DNA of 33,325 nucleotides from sequence record SRR2962707_3777. One strand, given 5' to 3'. Below the pieces are notes generated by a model, which ran no database searches, was not told the DNA's origin, and saw only the letters and a program-made list of their open reading frames with translations. Each line of letters starts with the position of its first letter. Positions within the stretch are counted from its first letter, which is position 1. The translations under genes were made by a program, and so were the position numbers. Shown here one piece after another: positions 28,103 through 33,325 of this stretch.

Positions 28103-28896
28103 GCCAACCCCAAACCGCGACCCTTGCCGCCGACGACATCACCCTGGCGCACCGTCAGTTTGTTGTAGCGGAGAATCTGAGCCTTCATCTGCCAACGGCC
28201 CAGGTCACCGCCATCGTGGGCCCCAACGGCTGCGGAAAATCCACCTTGCTGAATGGCCTGGCCCGGATTCATACGCCCAAGGGCGGCTCGGTGCTTCTGG
28301 ACGGCAAGGATATCCATCGCCTGCCGTCCAAAGAGGTCGCCCGGAAACTGGCCCTGCTACCCCAGGACAATACCGCCCCGGAAGGCCTCACCGTTGCCGA
28401 CCTGGTGCGCTTCGGCCGTCAGCCTCATCAGGGCTGGATGGCACAGTGGTCGAAAGAAGACCAACGGGCCTTCGATCAGGCGATACAGGCCGCCGATGTT
28501 GCCGGACTGGCTGACCGTGCACTGGACACCCTCTCTGGCGGGCAACGACAGCGGGCCTGGATTGCCATGGCGGTGGCCCAGCAAACGCCGCTGTTACTGC
28601 TGGACGAACCTACATCGGCCCTGGATCTGGGCCACCAGATTGAAGTGTTTGAGTTGATCCGGGCACTGAGCGGACAAGGCAAGACCATCGCCATGGTGGT
28701 GCACGACCTGGCCAGTGCCTGTCGCTATGCGGACCATATGGTGGCCATGAAAAACGGAACCATTATTGAGGAGGGCGCTCCGGCGGAGATTGTCTCACCG
28801 GGGCTGGTGCAGGAACTCTACGGCGTCAGCTGCGATCTGATTCACGACCCGGCCACCGGTAGCCCGTTACTGGTCAATGTGCGCCGCAATCCCTGA
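28099..28896 (+). CDS. Iron-siderophore ABC transporter ATP-binding protein (FepC-like)
   Basis: Walker A GPNGCGKST, signature LSGGQRQR and Walker B LLLDEPT. ATGA overlap with the permease stop. Confidence 0.95.
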   Translation: MSQPQTATLAADDITLAHRQFVVAENLSLHLPTAQVTAIVGPNGCGKSTLLNGLARIHTPKGGSVLLDGKDIHRLPSKEVARKLALLPQDNTAPEGLTVADLVRFGRQPHQGWMAQWSKEDQRAFDQAIQAADVAGLADRALDTLSGGQRQRAWIAMAVAQQTPLLLLDEPTSALDLGHQIEVFELIRALSGQGKTIAMVVHDLASACRYADHMVAMKNGTIIEEGAPAEIVSPGLVQELYGVSCDLIHDPATGSPLLVNVRRNP

Positions 28897-28902
28897 GCTC
28901 GC

Positions 28903-30105
28903 TCAGGCCAGGGTTTCGGCCCTGGCCTTTTCCCGGGCAATCGCGGCTGGAGCTCCGGCCGCCAGCACCACCGCGCCAGTCGAGCAGACCAGCATGCTCA
29001 GCACAATAGGCAGCAGTGCATCACCTCCTAAAGCCGATGACAGCGCACTGATCCCTCCAGCCAGGGTGAATTGAGAGGCGCCCAGCATAGCGGCGGCGGT
29101 TCCGCCCAGATGCGGGAAGAACTCCAGCGCATTGGCCATGTTGTTAGGCACGATCCCGCCCTGACAGCCAATGGCGCCAATGATGAACAACGCCACCGCC
29201 CAGAACGGCCCGTCCAGAATGACCACGGTAACCAACCCGACCAGCATCAGGAACTGCAGCATAACCTGTACCCGCAACAGGATGACTGATGGGACGCGCC
29301 GCAACAGCGGCCGGTTGACCAGATTCAGCACCGCCATCAATCCGATATTGGCCGCGAACAGCATGGAGAAACTGGCGTTGGACAGGCCGAACCACTCCTG
29401 GTAGATAAACGACGAATGGGTAATGAACAGCAGCATGGTGCTGAAGCACATCACCTGAATCCCGATAAAGCGCATGGTTGTGCCGTGGCGAAGCACCAGC
29501 ATGTAGTTGGTTACCAGAGTTTTCACCGGCGTCGAGGCCTGGGGCCTGGGTTTCAACCTGGGAAACAGGGCGATTTGCAGCACGACCGCCAGCAAGAGCG
29601 CGTAGCCGGCCAGAAATACGAAAATCCAGTGCCAATCGCCGAGCGCAAGCATCAACGCTCCCAGTGAAGGTGCCGCGGCCGGGGCAATAAACATGATCAG
29701 ACCAATCAGGCCGAACAGGCGCGCCGCTTCCTGCCCGCCCACCTGGTCGCGGACAATCGCAGGCACCGAGACCGCACAGAAGGCACCGCCGATGCCCTGA
29801 ACAATTCGCCAGCCCACCAACTCCGCCAGGGTATCGGCTCCGGCAATCATCATCGCAGCAATGGCGAAAATGGTCAGCCCGACAAACAGTATCAGCTTGC
29901 GACCATAGCGATCCGACAAAGGCCCGCCCACCAGTTGGGCGAGACCAAGGGTGGCGACATAGGCACTCAGCGTCAGGCCCACATCCGCATGGGGAATCCC
30001 AAAACCCTCAGCAATATCGGGGAACGCGGGCAAATACGCATCCAGAGCCAGAGGCCCCAGGGCGACGGTCATACCAAGTAATAACGCGAGCTGAAAATGA
30101 GACAA
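28903..30105 (-). CDS. Bcr/CflA-family multidrug efflux MFS transporter
   Basis: LALDAYLPAFP, GPLSDRYGRK and about 12 TM helices. TTG start with GGAGG RBS. Confidence 0.92.
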   Translation of the reverse strand: MSHFQLALLLGMTVALGPLALDAYLPAFPDIAEGFGIPHADVGLTLSAYVATLGLAQLVGGPLSDRYGRKLILFVGLTIFAIAAMMIAGADTLAELVGWRIVQGIGGAFCAVSVPAIVRDQVGGQEAARLFGLIGLIMFIAPAAAPSLGALMLALGDWHWIFVFLAGYALLLAVVLQIALFPRLKPRPQASTPVKTLVTNYMLVLRHGTTMRFIGIQVMCFSTMLLFITHSSFIYQEWFGLSNASFSMLFAANIGLMAVLNLVNRPLLRRVPSVILLRVQVMLQFLMLVGLVTVVILDGPFWAVALFIIGAIGCQGGIVPNNMANALEFFPHLGGTAAAMLGASQFTLAGGISALSSALGGDALLPIVLSMLVCSTGAVVLAAGAPAAIAREKARAETLA

Positions 30106-30188
30106 GTGCTACCTCCGCTGACTAGATAGATAGCTAACAATATTCAAGAAAGGACCGCAATGCGCGGTTTCCGAAGCCAGCGCGGAAA

Positions 30189-30626
30189 TCAGTTCTGGTC
30201 GAGCATGCACTCCCGGCTATAGAGCTGGCTGAGTTTGCGTCGTTTCTGGCGCAGGCCATTGCCTCGATCATTGCTGTAACCAGCTCGCAACTGGCCCTGA
30301 ATCCGGTCCAACTGCTTCCGATATTTCTCGCACTGTTGCGCCTGCTTTTTTGCCTCTCTGGCCTGGGCATAGCGATCCTTGCTGCCGGGAGCCAGCAAGC
30401 GTTCCACTTCAGCCCGGCTTTGCCGCACCCGGTCGGCCTGGCGGATATTTTCGCCCATGGGGACGGTCACTGGTGGTTTCACCGAAACACTGGAATGTCG
30501 CACCTGCCTGGGTGGCGTATCGGAAAAGTGTATGGACCCGTTGGCATCGGTCCAGCGGTAGATTTCAGCAGTGGCGGGCGCTGCCGCGGTAACGAAAAGC
30601 AGGCTCAGGGCCAGTTTCCTTGGCAT
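30189..30626 (-). CDS. DUF4124 domain secreted protein
   Basis: Signal peptide followed by AEIYRWTDANGSIHFSDTPP and a C-terminal coiled coil with two Cys. Start taken at ATG 30626. Confidence 0.85.
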   Translation of the reverse strand: MPRKLALSLLFVTAAAPATAEIYRWTDANGSIHFSDTPPRQVRHSSVSVKPPVTVPMGENIRQADRVRQSRAEVERLLAPGSKDRYAQAREAKKQAQQCEKYRKQLDRIQGQLRAGYSNDRGNGLRQKRRKLSQLYSRECMLDQN

Positions 30627-30732
30627 GGGTTCACATCCTGTGAATAGTCTGAGGGAGAGCCCCGCCACCATCACAGCAGCGGGACAGGCGCTGGTAACTA
30701 TACCGAAAGCCAGCGCCACTTTCAGGAACGGA

Positions 30733-31941
30733 TCAGCGGTCCAGCAATTCGATCCAGTGGTTCACCGGTACGTCTGCTTTGCTCTCCAGGTGCAACTGGC
30801 AGCCAATGTTGGCCGTGACAATCCGTACCGGGTTATCCACCGTCAGCGCCTTGAGCTTGTTATCCAGCAGCTTCTGGCTCATCTCCGGCTGGGTAATGGA
30901 ATAGGTACCCGCCGAGCCACAGCACAGGTGCTTGTCTTTGGTGGCCGCCAGGTCGATACCCGCCTTGGTGAGCACCTGCTCCACCACCCCATTCTGTTTC
31001 ATGGCATGCTGCAGGGTACACGGACAGTGGAACGCCACCTTGCCCGCCTGGGCACTGGCCTTCAGGGGCTCCAGGTCTTCCTTCAGCAGGAACGCCCCAA
31101 GATCAGTGCACAGCTCGCTGACCTTCCTTGCCTTATTGGCGTACACCGGGTCATCTTTCAGCAGATGGCCGTAATCCTGGACCATGGCACCACAACCTGA
31201 CGCGGTCATGATGATGGCCTCGGCTCCGGCTTCAATGGCGGGCCACCAGGCATCGATGTTGCGGCGCATCTGTTCCAGACCACGCTCATGTTCGGAAAGA
31301 TGGTAGTTCACCGCGCCACAACATCCGGCCTGGGGGGCTTCCACCATGGTCACACCGAGCTTGTCCAGCACCCGGGCCGCAGCCGCGTTGGTATTGGGCG
31401 CAGCTGACGGCTGAACACAGCCGGCCAGAGCCAGAACCACACGGCTGTGGCTCGACGAGGGCCAGGGGCTTGCGTGTCGGCGGGGGGGCACCTTGGTGCG
31501 CAGCTTCTCCGGCAGTACCGGACGGAAGGCCTGGCCCAGACGCAGCATCAACCCGAACAGCCGGCGGTCCGGCAGGAAGCGGGTCAGCGCCCAGCGCAGC
31601 CATTTTTCCTGCGGCTTACGCGGCAGCTCTTTTTCCATCAAACCACGACTGATGTCTACCAGGCGGCCATATTTCACGCCGGAGGGACAGGTGGTTTCAC
31701 AGCTTCGACACGTCAGGCAGCGGTCGAGATGTTCACGGGTTTTCTCGGTGACTTCGCCGCCTTCCAGGAACATCTTCATCAGATAGATGCGGCCACGGGG
31801 CCCGTCCCGCTCGTCGTTCAGTTCCTGGTAGGTTGGGCAGGTTGCGGTGCAGAAACCGCAATGCACACAGGCCCTGAGGATCTCCTCCGCTTCCTGACCT
31901 TCGGGATCATTGGCAAATTGTTGAACCAGATTCGTTTGCAT
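30733..31941 (-). CDS. glcF: Glycolate oxidase iron-sulfur subunit
   Basis: CVHCGFCTATCP and CLTCRSCETTCP 4Fe-4S motifs, two CCG domains, downstream of glcE. Confidence 0.96.
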   Translation of the reverse strand: MQTNLVQQFANDPEGQEAEEILRACVHCGFCTATCPTYQELNDERDGPRGRIYLMKMFLEGGEVTEKTREHLDRCLTCRSCETTCPSGVKYGRLVDISRGLMEKELPRKPQEKWLRWALTRFLPDRRLFGLMLRLGQAFRPVLPEKLRTKVPPRRHASPWPSSSHSRVVLALAGCVQPSAAPNTNAAAARVLDKLGVTMVEAPQAGCCGAVNYHLSEHERGLEQMRRNIDAWWPAIEAGAEAIIMTASGCGAMVQDYGHLLKDDPVYANKARKVSELCTDLGAFLLKEDLEPLKASAQAGKVAFHCPCTLQHAMKQNGVVEQVLTKAGIDLAATKDKHLCCGSAGTYSITQPEMSQKLLDNKLKALTVDNPVRIVTANIGCQLHLESKADVPVNHWIELLDR

Positions 31942-31943
31942 AA

Positions 31944-33011
31944 TTACAACCAGCTATAGAGACGGCCGGGATTGAAAATGCCGTCGGGATCGAACGAGTG
32001 TTTCACGCGGCGCTGGATGGTTTTCAACGCCTCGGGTTGGCTTTGCATCACTTCGGCAGTGCGATCACCACCCCGGAACAGGCTGACCTGACCACCGGCA
32101 GCACGAGCCAGTGGCTCCAGATCGCTGAGTGAGGCCTGGCCGCGATACCATCGCTGGGAGCCAACCCAGTCGATCATCCAGGGGCCGTCCAGCTTCGGCG
32201 TTCTGGCGGTGGAATCCAGGGAGAACCGCCAGAGAGGAGTTTCCGGATCGTCAAAGAAGCCGTGCTGCATGTCCTGAACCTCTCGCCAGAACTGGTCACC
32301 CTCAGCCATAACCTCGCCACCCCACTTCTCGGCGGTCGCCTCAACCGCTGATTTTGCACCGGCCAGGCGCAGGTACACCTTGCCATCTACCCAGCAGGCA
32401 CCGGTGATGGGTTTGGGCTCACCGGCACGGCGGTTCATGTATTCCACCACCTCGTCCATGGCCATCTCCCGCACCAGGGTAACGGTGGCCGCCGGCTTCG
32501 GCATGACTTTCAGACTGATTTCGGTGATCACCCCGAGCGTTCCCATGGCGCCGGCCTGCAGACGGGAAACGTCGTATCCCGCCACGTTTTTCATCACCTG
32601 GCCACCAAAACGCAGGTGTTCGCCCTTGCCGTTCAGCAGGCGAATACCCAGCACCTGATCCCTCACCGATCCCGCCCAGGGTCTGGCCGGGCCGGACAGG
32701 TTGCAGGCCATTGTGCCGCCGATGGTGGATGCGTCGCCAAAATGCGGCGGCTCAAAGTGCAGACACTGGCCCTGCTCCGCCAGCACCGCTTCAATTTCTT
32801 TCAGGGTGGTACCGGCACGTACCGTCAGCACCAGCTCTACCGGATGGTATTCCACCACACCAGTGTGCTCGGCCAGGCTCAGAGTGCTGGCATCAGCATC
32901 GCTCTGGCGCCCCATAAAGGACTTGCTGCCGCCGCCGACAATGTTAAGTTTCTGCCCGTTACTGCGGGCCTGGAGCACCTGCTCCTGTATCGTTTGGATC
33001 TGATCAGCCAT
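31944..33011 (-). CDS. glcE: Glycolate oxidase FAD-binding subunit
   Basis: LHFEPPHFG, GGQVMKNVAGYDVSRL and C-terminal FDPDGIFNPGRL. Confidence 0.96.
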   Translation of the reverse strand: MADQIQTIQEQVLQARSNGQKLNIVGGGSKSFMGRQSDADASTLSLAEHTGVVEYHPVELVLTVRAGTTLKEIEAVLAEQGQCLHFEPPHFGDASTIGGTMACNLSGPARPWAGSVRDQVLGIRLLNGKGEHLRFGGQVMKNVAGYDVSRLQAGAMGTLGVITEISLKVMPKPAATVTLVREMAMDEVVEYMNRRAGEPKPITGACWVDGKVYLRLAGAKSAVEATAEKWGGEVMAEGDQFWREVQDMQHGFFDDPETPLWRFSLDSTARTPKLDGPWMIDWVGSQRWYRGQASLSDLEPLARAAGGQVSLFRGGDRTAEVMQSQPEALKTIQRRVKHSFDPDGIFNPGRLYSWL

Positions 33012-33325
33012 GGGCAGTGTCCGCCTCTTCGTGCTTGTGTTGCTTGTGCTCGATGGAGCGGTATTCCTGACAGAATTTCAGGGTGGGCACCCCTTTGCCC
33101 GGGTTCAGAATTCCGGTGGGGTCGAAGGCCGCTTTCACATCGTGGAACTGCTGCAGCTCGTCATCATTGAACTGCACCGCCATCTGGCGAATTTTCTCCA
33201 CGCCCACGCCATGCTCACCGGTGATGCAGCCACCCACCTCAACACAGAGCTCCAGGATCTTGCTGCCGAACGCCTCGGTGCGCTCAAACTCGCCTGGCAC
33301 GTTGGCATCAAACAGGATCAGCGGG
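33004..33325 (-). CDS. glcD: Glycolate oxidase subunit GlcD, C-terminal part (5' truncated by window)
   Basis: PLILFDANVPGE...GGCITGEHGVGVEK...FDPTGILNPGK, overlapping the glcE start. Confidence 0.93.
   Translation of the reverse strand, partial: PLILFDANVPGEFERTEAFGSKILELCVEVGGCITGEHGVGVEKIRQMAVQFNDDELQQFHDVKAAFDPTGILNPGKGVPTLKFCQEYRSIEHKQHKHEEADTAHG

Overview
A gammaproteobacterial chromosomal segment; gene content and composition suggest a Marinobacter-like marine organism (inference). Bases 1-7.3 kb are an anti-phage defence island: an EcoAI-like (Type IB) hsdR(partial)-hsdM-hsdS locus, an AbiF/Abi_2-family HEPN RNase, a ~200 nt non-coding stretch of tandem structured repeats (candidate RNA antitoxin or mini-array), and an Mrr-like type IV endonuclease. 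Next come a secreted serine hydrolase, a ClsC-like phospholipase D, a chemoreceptor with a likely sigma28 promoter, small hypothetical genes, a carboxylesterase, an hscC/J-domain-RDD pair, an orphan ParA, rhtB, a Na/Ca antiporter and an orphan Nmad3 gene. The window ends with a Fur-boxed siderophore uptake locus (IrgA-like receptor, LysR, two binding proteins, ABC transporter), an MFS pump, a DUF4124 gene and glcF-glcE-glcD(partial). Two small genes missing from the ORF track were read by hand: a 51-aa ArfA-like gene whose stop codon sits in a long hairpin, and a 58-aa ORF whose Shine-Dalgarno is sequestered in a hairpin. All calls come from motif recognition by eye; no searches were run.
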